A DNA stretch of 44,599 bases from Phycisphaerales bacterium (lineage in GTDB: Bacteria > Planctomycetota > Phycisphaerae > Phycisphaerales > UBA1924). The DNA is taken from the NCBI GenBank assembly GCA_015492715.1, contig WGEO01000154.1:1-44599 (forward strand). Direction: 5' to 3'. Position numbers and translations under genes: made by a program. Under the pieces are notes generated by a model. The model saw only the letters and a program-made list of their open reading frames with translations, was not told the origin of the DNA and did no database searches. This document shows, one piece after another, positions 1-9,554 of the stretch (the first letter of the stretch is position 1; each line of letters begins with the position of its first letter).

Positions 1-13
1 GTATAAGAGACAG
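1..13. other. Residual Illumina Nextera/Tn5 mosaic-end adapter at contig terminus (technical artefact)
   Basis: Bases 1-13 read GTATAAGAGACAG. This is identical to the last 13 nt of the 19-nt Tn5 mosaic end AGATGTGTATAAGAGACAG, and it sits at the very first base of the window. Confidence 0.8.
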
Positions 14-60
14 GCCCAAACAATGCCCGATCGCACCAGATGAGCGCACACGGGCGGTGC

Positions 61-1479
61 TTATCCGGCGATCGGACGCCCCCCCTCGTCCTCTCCACCA
101 AGGAATCCTGCATAGTTCCGCATCATCAGATTCGCTTCCACCCGCTGGAGGAAGTCCAGACTGACGGAGACGACGATCAGCAGGCCCGTTCCCCCGAGGA
201 ACTGGGTCACCGAGAAGTCGATCCCCAGGCTGCGATTGACCACCATCGGGAGCACAGCGATGACGGCCAGGAACGCGGCGCCCACATAGGTAATCCGCTC
301 CATGACCGTCTCGAGGTACTCCGCGGTTCGCGGCCCGGGACGCAGGCCCGGAATGAACGAGCCGTGATCGCGCAGTTGCTTGCTCATCTCCTCCGGATTG
401 AACTGGACCGTGATCCAGAAATAACTGAAGAAATAGACCATGCCCACATAGAGCAGGATGTACGGGAACTCGCCCATATTGAAGTTGTCCGCCAGCCAGC
501 GGGCGGGCACGATCATCTCACGCAGAAATGAATCCGCGGGAGCCGACTGGGCGGCATCCGCAAGCCCGCCGAAGATGACCGACGGAAAGATCATCAGGCT
601 CGACGCGAAGATGATCGGCATAACACCGCCGTGATTCACACGGAGCGGCAGATAACTGCGTTGCCCGCCGTAGACCCGTCTGCCTCGCGAGTGCTTGGCC
701 TGCTGGATGGGAATGCGGCGCTGGGCCACCGTCAGCAGGACCGACCCGGCAATCACCAGCACGAAACCGCCCATGAGCAGGATGAGGTCCATCCAGTCCA
801 TCTTGTTGCTGTTGCCGGGATCGAAGTTCGTGATGACCCACTGGATGGCCTGGGGCATCCCGGCAAGGATGCCCGCCATGATGATCATCGAGGCCCCGTT
901 GCCGATCCCGAAGCGATCGATCTGCTCTCCCAGCCACATCAGGAAGACGCCGCCGGCCGTCAGGCAGGTGATGCCCATGACCCACCAGAGCGGATTGCCC
1001 GCCCACTGGCTGTAGACGAGCCCGCTGCTGGAGATGAAACTCATCCACATGCCGCCTTGGACGATGCAGAAGAGCACGGTCAGCATGCGCGTCCAGGTCT
1101 GGATCTTCTGCTGCCCCGTCGGGCCCTCTTCCCGGAGTTTCTTGATCGTCGGTGAGACGGAGCCGACGAGCTGCATCACGATCGCCGCCGAGATATACGG
1201 CATGATGCCGAGCCCGAAGATCGTGCTCTGGCTGAATGAGCCGCCGGAGAAGATGGCAACATAACTGGCGGCTCGTCCGGCGGCGCTGCCCGTGGCGGCC
1301 GCTCGCTCGAAGTACTGCACGAGCGCCGACTGGTCCACGCCGGGCAGGGGGATCCAGTATCCGATGCGATAGACGACGAGCATGCCCAGGGTGAACAGGA
1401 TCTTCTGGCGCAGCTCGGGCACCTTGAAGACATTGATCACCGGCTGGAGATTCAGAAACTTGATCAGGGCCTGGAGCAT
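61..1479 (-). CDS. secY: Preprotein translocase subunit SecY
   Basis: 472-aa multi-TM ORF with an ATG start. The N-terminus ...ELRQKILFTLGMLVVYRIGYWIPLPGVD is canonical SecY. It is the terminal gene of the spc cluster, directly after rplO. Confidence 0.97.
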   Translation of the reverse strand: MLQALIKFLNLQPVINVFKVPELRQKILFTLGMLVVYRIGYWIPLPGVDQSALVQYFERAAATGSAAGRAASYVAIFSGGSFSQSTIFGLGIMPYISAAIVMQLVGSVSPTIKKLREEGPTGQQKIQTWTRMLTVLFCIVQGGMWMSFISSSGLVYSQWAGNPLWWVMGITCLTAGGVFLMWLGEQIDRFGIGNGASMIIMAGILAGMPQAIQWVITNFDPGNSNKMDWMDLILLMGGFVLVIAGSVLLTVAQRRIPIQQAKHSRGRRVYGGQRSYLPLRVNHGGVMPIIFASSLMIFPSVIFGGLADAAQSAPADSFLREMIVPARWLADNFNMGEFPYILLYVGMVYFFSYFWITVQFNPEEMSKQLRDHGSFIPGLRPGPRTAEYLETVMERITYVGAAFLAVIAVLPMVVNRSLGIDFSVTQFLGGTGLLIVVSVSLDFLQRVEANLMMRNYAGFLGGEDEGGRPIAG

Positions 1480-1567
1480 GCCGCCTGGTGTCCTCCGTCC
1501 ACGCTGGAGCCGGGTCGTCCTCGTCTACCGTGCCGCCTGCAACGACGCATATCGCAGACGGCTGGTC

Positions 1568-2140
1568 CTACGAACCCTGCTTGGCGCGAAGACGCTTGAG
1601 TTTCTTCGTGAGGTTCTTCGGCGTGGGATCATCCGAGTTCCGATCGATGCCCCGCACGCGGTCGCGGCGGGTCCCTGTCTCATGCACAGATCCGCCGGAC
1701 TCTTCGATGCGCTTGCGGGCGGACTTGGACACCCGAGACACCTTGACATCGAGCTTGACAGGGAGCGAATCGACGCCCTCGGGCATGGTGCCCAGGACCT
1801 TGACATCGCGGCTGGTGTCACGGATCAGGCCCGCCTCGATCAGGGACTCGGGCGTCACCTCACCCCCGTTCTTGAATCGCTCGTGCGCAACGATGTCCGC
1901 AAGGTTCACGATCCAGAAGTGCGTCTTGAACTTCGCGTTGGTGAAGCCCCAGCGAGGCAGACGCCGGAAGTACGGCATCTGTCCGCCCTCGAACTGATAG
2001 CGGGTGAAGTTCCCGCTCCGGCTGCCGGCGCCCTTGAAGCCCCGCCCGGCGGTCTTGCCCACGCCGCTGCCCGGGCCGCGCCCGACGCGCTTGCGCCTCT
2101 TGTACCTTCCGGCCTGCTCCGTGATCTCATGGATCATCAT
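1568..2140 (-). CDS. rplO: 50S ribosomal protein uL15
   Basis: 190 aa with the GRGPGSGVGKTAGRGFKGAGSRSG motif and an ATGATG start. It carries a basic C-terminal extension of about 40 aa. The gap to rpsE is only 38 nt, so no L30 gene lies between them. Confidence 0.96.
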   Translation of the reverse strand: MMIHEITEQAGRYKRRKRVGRGPGSGVGKTAGRGFKGAGSRSGNFTRYQFEGGQMPYFRRLPRWGFTNAKFKTHFWIVNLADIVAHERFKNGGEVTPESLIEAGLIRDTSRDVKVLGTMPEGVDSLPVKLDVKVSRVSKSARKRIEESGGSVHETGTRRDRVRGIDRNSDDPTPKNLTKKLKRLRAKQGS

Positions 2141-2178
2141 CGTTCATCATCCCCGGCCCGCTGGGCCAGTTGGTCGCT

Positions 2179-2784
2179 CTACGCGCTCTGACCATCCGTT
2201 GTGTCGTCCCCGGCGGGTGCCGCGACCGCTCCCGCCATGAAGCGGCTGCCACGCTCGATCTTCTCGGCCGTGACCGTCTTGCCGATATCGACCCCGCGAA
2301 GTTCGCGGATCTCATCGGCGGTGCGAAGGCGTGTGAGCCCCTCGAAGACGGCCTTGACGACATTGATGTTGTTCGTCGATCCGTAACACTTGGTCAGGCA
2401 GTCGGTCACGCCGGCCATCTCGAGGACGGCGCGAACGGTCGTGCCTGCGACAACGCCCGTCCCGGGCGATGCGGGAATCATCTTGACCTTGGCGGTCAGG
2501 AATCGCCCGATCACCTCATGGGGGATCGTCGAGCCCTCCAGCGGGATCTTGACGATCGCCTGCTTGGCCTTCTTGTTGGCCTTCTCGATCGCCATGGGCA
2601 CATCGAGCGCCTTGGCGTATCCGTAGCCGATCCGACCGCGACGATCACCCACGACGACCATCGCGCCGAAGCTGAAGCGCCGCCCGCCCTTGACCGTTGC
2701 CGCCGTGCGATACACACCCAGCGTGTGCGAGTCCAGCCCGCTGTCGTCGCGCCGCTCGTCTCTGTCGTTGTGTCGTGCCATCAT
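2179..2784 (-). CDS. rpsE: 30S ribosomal protein uS5
   Basis: The core TVKGGRRFSFGAMVVVGDRRGRIGYGYAKA is typical uS5. I moved the start from the track start (2829, which overlaps rplR) to the ATGATG at 2784/2781, directly after GAGGAA. An Ala/Asp-rich C-terminal tail is present. Confidence 0.93.
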   Translation of the reverse strand: MMARHNDRDERRDDSGLDSHTLGVYRTAATVKGGRRFSFGAMVVVGDRRGRIGYGYAKALDVPMAIEKANKKAKQAIVKIPLEGSTIPHEVIGRFLTAKVKMIPASPGTGVVAGTTVRAVLEMAGVTDCLTKCYGSTNNINVVKAVFEGLTRLRTADEIRELRGVDIGKTVTAEKIERGSRFMAGAVAAPAGDDTTDGQSA

Positions 2785-2812
2785 TTCCTCGCGGAATCTT
2801 CCCGCATGTGCT

Positions 2813-3175
2813 CTAGAACTCGAGGCCACCCTTGCGGGCTGCCTCGGCGAGTGCCCGGACCCGTCCGTGATACGCGAAACCGCCGCGATCGAACGCCACC
2901 TTGGCGATTCCGGCAGCCTTTGCCTTTTCCGCCAGCTTCGCGCCGACGGCCTGGGCGGCGTCCGCGTTGCCCGTCGCCTCCAACTTCAGGTCCGGGTCGC
3001 GCGTCGAGGCGGCACACAGCGTCCGCCCCGCCATGTCGTCGATGATCTGGGCGTATGTGTGACGCAGCGAGCGATACACACACAGGCGGGGACGCTCGCT
3101 CGTCCCGACCACGCGCTTGCGGATGTGCGTCCGCCGGCGTCGACGCCTGATCGCCTTCTTCTTCTGCCTGTCCAT
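2813..3175 (-). CDS. rplR: 50S ribosomal protein uL18
   Basis: 120 aa with a basic N-terminus, ...[18 protein letters not shown]... and the ending [26 protein letters not shown]. It occupies the expected position in the spc cluster. Confidence 0.96.
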   Translation of the reverse strand: MDRQKKKAIRRRRRRTHIRKRVVGTSERPRLCVYRSLRHTYAQIIDDMAGRTLCAASTRDPDLKLEATGNADAAQAVGAKLAEKAKAAGIAKVAFDRGGFAYHGRVRALAEAARKGGLEF

Positions 3176-3217
3176 GCCTGAATACCCTCCGAGATCCTGC
3201 GACCGTGGGCCCGCAGA

Positions 3218-3769
3218 TCACGAGCCGAACTGCTTGCCCTGCTTGCGTCGGATGACCTCGTCCGCGTACTTGATGCCCTTGCCGTTGTACGGCTCCGGGG
3301 GACGCTGCGAGCGGACCACCGCCGCGAACTGCCCCACAGCCTGCTTGTCGGCCCCTTGGATCGTGATCTCCTGCTTGTTGGTCGTGACGGTCACGCCCTG
3401 CGGAATCGGAAGACGGACCGGGGCGGCAAACCCGAGATTCAGTTCCAGCGTCTGCCCGCTGACATTCGCGTTCCAGCCGACGCCGACGATCTCGAGTTTC
3501 TTCTCGTATCCCTCGGTCACGCCGCGCACCATGTTGTCGAGGATGGACCTCGTGGTGCCCCAGAGAGCCTTGGCAACGCGGTTCTGCTCGTCCGACGGAT
3601 CGACGGTGCAGACGATCGCCCGCTGCTCCTCGTCCCAGACGACCTTGACCTCGGGTCGATAGGTGAACGAGAGCCTGCCCTTGGGTCCCTCCAGCGAGAC
3701 CTCCTGCCCACTGATCGCGACCTTCACATTCGCTGGCACTTCGACCGGGCGCTTGCCGATGCGAGACAT
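3218..3769 (-). CDS. rplF: 50S ribosomal protein uL6
   Basis: 183 aa starting MSRIGKRPVEVPANVKV..., with cluster synteny. Confidence 0.96.
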   Translation of the reverse strand: MSRIGKRPVEVPANVKVAISGQEVSLEGPKGRLSFTYRPEVKVVWDEEQRAIVCTVDPSDEQNRVAKALWGTTRSILDNMVRGVTEGYEKKLEIVGVGWNANVSGQTLELNLGFAAPVRLPIPQGVTVTTNKQEITIQGADKQAVGQFAAVVRSQRPPEPYNGKGIKYADEVIRRKQGKQFGS

Positions 3770-3797
3770 TGCCGAATCCTCCGTCGCCCCAGGGGCG

Positions 3798-4196
3798 TTA
3801 CTCCACGGTGCAGAGCACCTCGCCGCCGACCCGCTTCTCCCGGCAGGCCCGATCGCTCAGCACGCCCGAGCTCGTCGAGACCACCGCGATCCCCAGCCCC
3901 TGGAGCGGGCGGGGAAGATCGTCCACCTTCCGATAGACCCGGCAGCCGGGGCGGCTCACGCGGTCGATCCGATTGAGCACCATCTCCCCACGCGGGCCGT
4001 ACTTCAGATGCACCCGGATCAGTCCCTGGTGCCCGTCCTCGATCACATCGAAGCCGCGGATGTATCCCTCACTCCGGAGGACCTCCGCGATGCCCCGGTT
4101 GACCTTGCTGTTCTTGCAGACGACCTCCTTGGCGCGGTTGCGGACCGCGTTGCGGATTCTCGTCAGCATGTCGGCGACCGGATCGCTCAACGCCAT
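3798..4196 (-). CDS. rpsH: 30S ribosomal protein uS8
   Basis: 132 aa starting MALSDPVADMLTRIRNA..., with cluster synteny. Confidence 0.96.
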   Translation of the reverse strand: MALSDPVADMLTRIRNAVRNRAKEVVCKNSKVNRGIAEVLRSEGYIRGFDVIEDGHQGLIRVHLKYGPRGEMVLNRIDRVSRPGCRVYRKVDDLPRPLQGLGIAVVSTSSGVLSDRACREKRVGGEVLCTVE

Positions 4197-4248
4197 GGGT
4201 TCTGTCCTTCTCGTACACGGGCCGGGACGACACCCGCCCGATCCAACC

Positions 4249-4434
4249 TCACCAGCTCGCCTTCCGCATCCCCGGAATCTTGCCCTCCAGGGCCAGCTCC
4301 CGGAGCATGATCCTGCTCAGACGGAACTTGCGGTAATACCCGCGCGCCCGCCCGGTCAGTTCACATCGATTCACCCGACGCGTGCTGAACTTCGGCTCCC
4401 GCCGGCTCTTGGCGATCTGACACTTGCTCGCCAT
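4249..4434 (-). CDS. rpsN: 30S ribosomal protein uS14, short (type Z-length) form with degenerate zinc motif
   Basis: This is the C-terminal 61 aa of track ORF 4249..5079: [61 protein letters not shown]. Its ATG (4434-4432) overlaps the rplE TAA stop as TAATG. Only 1 of the 4 Cys of the CxxC...CxxC zinc ribbon is retained. Confidence 0.93.
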   Translation of the reverse strand: MASKCQIAKSRREPKFSTRRVNRCELTGRARGYYRKFRLSRIMLRELALEGKIPGMRKASW

Positions 4435-5060
4435 TACTTCTTCTCCTCGGTCTTGGCAAACGGCATCCCGAGCGCCTCGAGCGCAAACTCGCTCCGCTCC
4501 CTGTCCGAGTTGCTGAACGAAAGATTGATGTTCATCCCGTGCGTAAACGAGACCTCCGCCATGTTGATCTCGGGAAACACGCCCTGCTCCGTCAGGCCCA
4601 TCGAGTAGTTGCCCGCCTGATCGAAACCCTTGCGGCTGAGCCCGCGGAAGTCCTTGATGCGCGGCGTGGCCAGATGAATCAGACGGTCCAGGAAGTGCCA
4701 CATCCGGTCTCGACGGAGCGTCACCTTGTAGGCCGTCGGATACCCCGCCCGAACCTTGAAGTTCGAGACCGAACGCTTCGCGTGGATCAGCACGGGCTTC
4801 TGGCCGCTGATCGTCCGCAGCGTGTGCTGCACGCTCTCGCTGACATTCGCCGGGATCTTGGTGCCGTCCAGGTGACGCCCGACATTCACATTGATCGTGA
4901 TCTTCTCGAGCTTCGGACGCGCCATCGGGTTCCTGATCCCGAACTTCTCGTCGAGTTTCGGCGCCACCTCGCGCTCGAACGCCTCCTTCAGGCGTGGCGC
5001 CGGCGGGGGCGCTGCCTGAGCCTGCGCCGCGTCGCCCTTCTTGCCCTTGTCCTTTGCCAT
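4434..5060 (-). CDS. rplE: 50S ribosomal protein uL5
   Basis: 208 aa with ...[12 protein letters not shown]... and ...GMNINLSF.... An Ala/Pro/Lys-rich N-terminal extension of about 20 aa is present. Confidence 0.96.
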   Translation of the reverse strand: MAKDKGKKGDAAQAQAAPPPAPRLKEAFEREVAPKLDEKFGIRNPMARPKLEKITINVNVGRHLDGTKIPANVSESVQHTLRTISGQKPVLIHAKRSVSNFKVRAGYPTAYKVTLRRDRMWHFLDRLIHLATPRIKDFRGLSRKGFDQAGNYSMGLTEQGVFPEINMAEVSFTHGMNINLSFSNSDRERSEFALEALGMPFAKTEEKK

Positions 5061-5093
5061 CGTGCCTGTCCTCGCTCACGCCCGTCGGCGCAA

Positions 5094-5429
5094 TCAGTCC
5101 CGCTTGCTCCGGAGCACGCCCAGAACCTTGCCCCCACGCACCGCCACGCGAACCTTGCTCCCGTCGTCGCGCGTCTCGAAGCGAACCCGCGTGGGCTTGC
5201 CGTCGACCACGGGGCTCACATTCGAGATGTGGATCGGCGCCTCCTTCGTGATGATCGATCCCTGCGGGTTCGCCCTGGTCGGCTTAACATGCTTCGTCCG
5301 CAGGTTGATGCCCTTGACGATCACCTTCTGCTGCCTGGGCATGACGCGGGCAACCTCGCCCACCTTGCCCTTGTGATCACCGGCCGTGATGATCACCTCA
5401 TCGCCCTTGCGCACATGTGCCGCCATCAC
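5094..5429 (-). CDS. rplX: 50S ribosomal protein uL24
   Basis: 111 aa with the KOW motif [17 protein letters not shown]. The start is GTG 5429 or ATG 5426, overlapping the rplN TGA. Confidence 0.95.
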   Translation of the reverse strand: MMAAHVRKGDEVIITAGDHKGKVGEVARVMPRQQKVIVKGINLRTKHVKPTRANPQGSIITKEAPIHISNVSPVVDGKPTRVRFETRDDGSKVRVAVRGGKVLGVLRSKRD

Positions 5430-5812
5430 ACCACCTCCGACGCCAGCGAGACGATCTTCATGTAGTTCCGCTCGCGCAACTCACGCGCCACGGGCCCGAA
5501 GATGCGGGTGCCCTTGGGATTCCCCTCGTCATTGATCAGCACGACCGCGCTGCGATCGAAGCGGACATACGAGCCGTCGGGACGACGCGTGTTCTTGGCC
5601 GTCCGCACCACGACCGCCTTGGACATGTCCCCGCTCTTGATGTCCGAGCCCGGCAGCGCCTTCTTGACACTCACGAGCACCTTGTCGCCCACGCCGGCGG
5701 TCTTGCGGGTAAACCCGCCCCGACGCGTCGATCCGCCGTAGACGCGGATGATGTAGGCGACCTTCGCCCCCGAGTTGTCCGCGACCTCACACCGTGATTC
5801 AGCCTGAAGCAT
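5426..5812 (-). CDS. rplN: 50S ribosomal protein uL14
   Basis: 128 aa starting [17 protein letters not shown]..., with an ATG start. Confidence 0.96.
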   Translation of the reverse strand: MLQAESRCEVADNSGAKVAYIIRVYGGSTRRGGFTRKTAGVGDKVLVSVKKALPGSDIKSGDMSKAVVVRTAKNTRRPDGSYVRFDRSAVVLINDEGNPKGTRIFGPVARELRERNYMKIVSLASEVV

Positions 5813-5850
5813 GGCTCATATCCTCACCCGCACCGGGGCTGGTCCCGCAT

Positions 5851-6138
5851 CTACTCCGCACGCAGCGCAGAACGCTGCTCCACAATCCGCACCAGACGCC
5901 AGCTCTTCGTCTTGCTGATGGGACGACACGGCGCGACCTCCACGATGTCGCCCACATGGCTCTCGTTGTGCTCGTCATGCACATGGAGCACCGTCCGGCG
6001 CTTGATGTACTTCCCATACTTCGGGTGCTTCGCCAGATACCCGATCACGACCTTGCGCGTCTTGTCCCGCGCGTCGGTCTCGACCGTGCCGATCCTGGCT
6101 CCGGCGACCCGCTCTGTCGTCTGATTCGCTTCGCTCAT
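5851..6138 (-). CDS. rpsQ: 30S ribosomal protein uS17
   Basis: 95 aa with ...RKVVIGYLAKHPKYGKYIKRRTVLHVHDE...GDIVEV..., and cluster synteny. Confidence 0.95.
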   Translation of the reverse strand: MSEANQTTERVAGARIGTVETDARDKTRKVVIGYLAKHPKYGKYIKRRTVLHVHDEHNESHVGDIVEVAPCRPISKTKSWRLVRIVEQRSALRAE

Positions 6139-6150
6139 CGGTCCCGATTC

Positions 6151-6354
6151 CTATGCCTGCTGCCTCGCGTGCCGACGCGCGTTACGCTCCGTCAGCAAGC
6201 GTGCGATATCCCGCCGGATCTTCCCGATCGCAGAGGTATCGACGATCTTCTCGCTCACGCCCTTGCTCCGCAGGTCGAACAGCTCACGCCGAAGCCGCGC
6301 GACCTCGATCGTGATCTCTTCGTCCTTCAGCTTGCGAACCTCTTTGCCCGTCAT
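6151..6354 (-). CDS. rpmC: 50S ribosomal protein uL29
   Basis: 67 aa with ...LKDEEITIEVARLRRELFDLR..., located between rplP and rpsQ. Confidence 0.94.
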   Translation of the reverse strand: MTGKEVRKLKDEEITIEVARLRRELFDLRSKGVSEKIVDTSAIGKIRRDIARLLTERNARRHARQQA

Positions 6355-6379
6355 CGTCCGAACCCCTTGCGCCGGCGCC

Positions 6380-6805
6380 TCAGACCGTGATCCTGCGCTT
6401 CACGAACCGGCAACGCACCGGCATCTTCATCGCCACGCGTGCCAGCGCCGCACGCGCCGTGTCCTCCGGCACACCCGCGATCTCGTAGAGCATCGTCCCG
6501 GGCTTGACACGCGCCGCCCAGTAATCGATGTCCGCCTTGCCCTTGCCCATCCGCTGCTCCAGCGGCTTCTTGCTCACCGGCTTGTCCGGAAACACGCGGA
6601 TGAACAGCTTGCCCTCACGCTTGAGCAGCTGCCCGGCGGCCATACGCCCCGCCTCGATGCAGTTGCTCTTGAGCCAGCAGCCCTCCAGCGCCTGCAGCCC
6701 GTAGTCCCCGAACGCAACGAAGTTGCCCTTCGTCGCCTTGCGATCGCGGACCCGCCGGAACTCCTTGCGGAACTTCGTGCGCTTCGGAATCTTGTAGGGA
6801 GGCAT
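6380..6805 (-). CDS. rplP: 50S ribosomal protein uL16
   Basis: 141 aa with MPPYKIPKRTKFRKEFRRV... and ...MGKGKADIDYWAARVKPG.... Confidence 0.96.
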   Translation of the reverse strand: MPPYKIPKRTKFRKEFRRVRDRKATKGNFVAFGDYGLQALEGCWLKSNCIEAGRMAAGQLLKREGKLFIRVFPDKPVSKKPLEQRMGKGKADIDYWAARVKPGTMLYEIAGVPEDTARAALARVAMKMPVRCRFVKRRITV

Positions 6806-6828
6806 CCGTCAGTCTCCGTGTGCCAAAC

Positions 6829-7524
6829 TCAGCGACGACCCCGCGCACGCATCTGCCGATCCGGCGCCGTCTCGTCCTGCTGACCTTCCTCGAACATGCC
6901 CTTGTACAACCACACCTTCACACCCAGGACGCCGTAACTCGCCACGGCCTCCGCAAACCCGTAATCCACATTGGCCTGCAGCGTGCTCAGCGGCAGCGAG
7001 CCCAGGCGATGATCAAACCTGCGGCTCATCTCGGCCCCGCCCAGACGCCCGGCAATCTGGATCCGAACGCCCTTGGCACCCGCCTGCATGCAACTCTCGC
7101 CACGCATCTTCACGATCCGCCGGAAACTCGCACGACGCGTCAGCTGCTCGGCGATTCCCTCGGCCACGAGTTGCGCGTCCAGGTCGGGGTTCTTGATCTC
7201 CACGATCGAGATGTTCACCTTGCGCCCGGTCATGTACTGGAGCATCTCGGTCAGACGCTCCACCTCGGCCCCCTTGGGCCCGATCACCAGCCCCGGACGC
7301 GCCGTCTTGACGATGACCTTCAACTCCTCACGCGTCCGCTCGATGTGAATGTCGCTCACGGCGGCGTTCGGCGGCGTCTTGTTCAGACGCTGCTCCAGCA
7401 GACGCCGGATCTTCTGGTCCTCGATCAGCAACTCGCCATACAACGCCTTGGGGGCATACCACCGGCTGCGGTGCGTCTGCGTCACGCCCAGGCGGAATCC
7501 GAATGGATGCGTCTTCTGTCCCAT
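6829..7524 (-). CDS. rpsC: 30S ribosomal protein uS3
   Basis: 231 aa starting MGQKTHPFGFRLG.... Its ATG overlaps the rplV TAA stop as TAATG. Confidence 0.96.
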   Translation of the reverse strand: MGQKTHPFGFRLGVTQTHRSRWYAPKALYGELLIEDQKIRRLLEQRLNKTPPNAAVSDIHIERTREELKVIVKTARPGLVIGPKGAEVERLTEMLQYMTGRKVNISIVEIKNPDLDAQLVAEGIAEQLTRRASFRRIVKMRGESCMQAGAKGVRIQIAGRLGGAEMSRRFDHRLGSLPLSTLQANVDYGFAEAVASYGVLGVKVWLYKGMFEEGQQDETAPDRQMRARGRR

Positions 7525-8069
7525 TACGCACGCTCCTCCAGGGCGATCGTGATATGACTCGTCTGCTTGATGATCGGATGCGCCCGCCCCCGATCCTTCG
7601 GGCGAAAACGCTTGATCTGGGGCCCCTCATCGACCCGGCTCTCGGCCACGAAGAGACGATCGTCGTCGGCGTCCGCCTGCAACGCCTCGTCCATCGCCGC
7701 TAGCAGGCACTTGCGGATGTTCGTCGCCGCACGCTTCGGGCTGAACATGAGCAGCTCGTTCGCCTCCTTGAGGCTCCGCCCGCGGATCAGATCCGCCACG
7801 AGGCGTGCCTTGCGGGTGCTCCCGCGGTGCATCCGCACCTCGCTGGTAAAACGCGCGATGTCCTTCGGCGCCACGCCCAGCGCCGACGCCAGCCGGCGGA
7901 TATCCGACGCCTTGCAGCGCGGGTGATCCCGCCCGCTCATCCAGTTGCGCACCGCCTTCTGCGCCCGAGCCCCGCCGAGCCCCGTCCGCTCGACAGCCTG
8001 GGCGAGATCCTCGACGCTCACCCCGCGCTCATCGGCGATCGCCTTCAGCTGATTGCCTCGTAGTCTCAC
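7524..8069 (-). CDS. rplV: 50S ribosomal protein uL22 with an N-terminal HTH-like extension of about 70-75 aa
   Basis: The C-terminal ~105 aa (...STRKARLVADLIRGRSLKEANELLMFSPKRAA...) is canonical uL22. The ORF continues upstream in frame to GTG 8069. That GTG is preceded by GAGGTGA and lies 28 nt after the rpsS stop. High GC3 is maintained through the whole extension. Confidence 0.9.
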   Translation of the reverse strand: MRLRGNQLKAIADERGVSVEDLAQAVERTGLGGARAQKAVRNWMSGRDHPRCKASDIRRLASALGVAPKDIARFTSEVRMHRGSTRKARLVADLIRGRSLKEANELLMFSPKRAATNIRKCLLAAMDEALQADADDDRLFVAESRVDEGPQIKRFRPKDRGRAHPIIKQTSHITIALEERA

Positions 8070-8097
8070 GGCTGCTCACCTCGCCAAAGCCCGCGCA

Positions 8098-8382
8098 TCA
8101 GCGCCCGGACTTGATGCCTTCCTTCTTGTTCGTATGCCCGCGGAAGGTCCGCGTGATGCTGAACTCTCCGAGTTTGTGCCCGACCATGTCCTCTGTCACG
8201 AACACATCGTTGAACACACGCCCGTTGTGCACCTGAAAGGTCACCCCCACGAACTCCGGAACGATCGTGCACGCTCGCGCCCAAGTCTTGATCGGCGTGC
8301 GATCGCCCGACTCCTGGGCCTTCATCACCTTCCGGTACAACTTCTCATCGACATACGGGCCCTTCTTCAGACTCCGGCTCAT
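8098..8382 (-). CDS. rpsS: 30S ribosomal protein uS19
   Basis: 94 aa with [12 protein letters not shown]... and ...[16 protein letters not shown]. Confidence 0.96.
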   Translation of the reverse strand: MSRSLKKGPYVDEKLYRKVMKAQESGDRTPIKTWARACTIVPEFVGVTFQVHNGRVFNDVFVTEDMVGHKLGEFSITRTFRGHTNKKEGIKSGR

Positions 8383-8392
8383 CGTCGACTCC

Positions 8393-9250
8393 TTACCTCA
8401 ACTGCCCGTAACGCTTCGACTTGCGGCGACGCAGAATCAACTGCTGGCTCGGCTTCTTCCGATTCCGCGTCGGACCACCCTTGGCAAGCACGCCGGACTT
8501 GCTCACGGGCGGACGATTGCCCTTGCTCCGTCCCTCGCCGCCACCCAGCGGGTGCGCGTCATGGCTCATCGCCACGCCACGCGTCTTCGGACGACGCCCC
8601 TTCAGACGGCTGATCCCCGCCTTGCCCAGGCGACGGTTCTGGTGGTCCTGGTTGCCGACCTCTCCCACCACCGCCCGGCACATCACATTCACCTTGCGGA
8701 TCTCACCCGACGGCAACACCAGCGTCGCGTGATGCTCGTCGCGGTTCGTCAGGCGAGCGCTGTTGCCCGCACTCCGGCACAACTGCCCGCCCTTGCCCGG
8801 ATGCAACTCCACGCAGTGCACGCTCATCCCCGTCGGTATGAATCGCAGCGGCATGCAGTTGCCCACGCTCGGCTCGATCGCCTCGTCCCGGCTGCTCAGC
8901 ACTTCCTGCCCGACCCGCAGCCCCCTGGGCGCCACGATGTACCGATGCACCCCGTCCGCGTACTTCACCAGCGCAATGTGGCAGGTACGGTTCGGGTCGT
9001 ACTCGATCGACTGCACCTCGCCCACGATTCCGTCGCGGTCGTTCCGCCGGAAGTCGATCAGGCGATACCGTCGCTTGGCGCCCCCGCCGCGACCACGCAC
9101 CATCACCTTGCCCGTGTTGTTCCGCCCGCCCTTCTTCGCCAGCGGACGCAGCAGCGGCTTGTACGGCTCGCTCCGCGTCACCTCCTCGTGCAGATTCACC
9201 GAGGCGTTCCGCCTGCCAGGGCTCGTCGGCTTGTATTTCCTGATCGCCAT
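8393..9250 (-). CDS. rplB: 50S ribosomal protein uL2
   Basis: 285 aa with [14 protein letters not shown]... and ...GGGEGRSKG.... Confidence 0.97.
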   Translation of the reverse strand: MAIRKYKPTSPGRRNASVNLHEEVTRSEPYKPLLRPLAKKGGRNNTGKVMVRGRGGGAKRRYRLIDFRRNDRDGIVGEVQSIEYDPNRTCHIALVKYADGVHRYIVAPRGLRVGQEVLSSRDEAIEPSVGNCMPLRFIPTGMSVHCVELHPGKGGQLCRSAGNSARLTNRDEHHATLVLPSGEIRKVNVMCRAVVGEVGNQDHQNRRLGKAGISRLKGRRPKTRGVAMSHDAHPLGGGEGRSKGNRPPVSKSGVLAKGGPTRNRKKPSQQLILRRRKSKRYGQLR

Positions 9251-9272
9251 CAGTCGACCCCGATTCCTTCAC

Positions 9273-9554
9273 TCAGAACAGCTCGATCGTGTCCCCGTCA
9301 CGCAGACGCACCATCGCCTTCTTGTGATGGCCCATGTCGACCCAGCCGTAACGCAGACGCCGACGCTTGCCCTTGCGCGTCACCGTCCGCACACGCTCGA
9401 CCTTCACCTTGTACAGACGCTCGACCGCGTCCTTGATCTCGTCCTTGCTCGCACGCGGATCGACGATGAAGGTGTAGGTGTTCGCCTCACTCATCGCCTG
9501 CGTGCTCTTCTCCGTCAGCAGCGGCTTGCGAATGATCGTCGTCTCGTGCATCAC
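9273..9554 (-). CDS. rplW: 50S ribosomal protein uL23
   Basis: 93 aa with ...IIRKPLLTEKS...YTFIVDPRASKDEIKDAVERLYKVKV.... The start is GTG 9554 or ATG 9551, overlapping the rplD TGA. Confidence 0.95.
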   Translation of the reverse strand: MMHETTIIRKPLLTEKSTQAMSEANTYTFIVDPRASKDEIKDAVERLYKVKVERVRTVTRKGKRRRLRYGWVDMGHHKKAMVRLRDGDTIELF

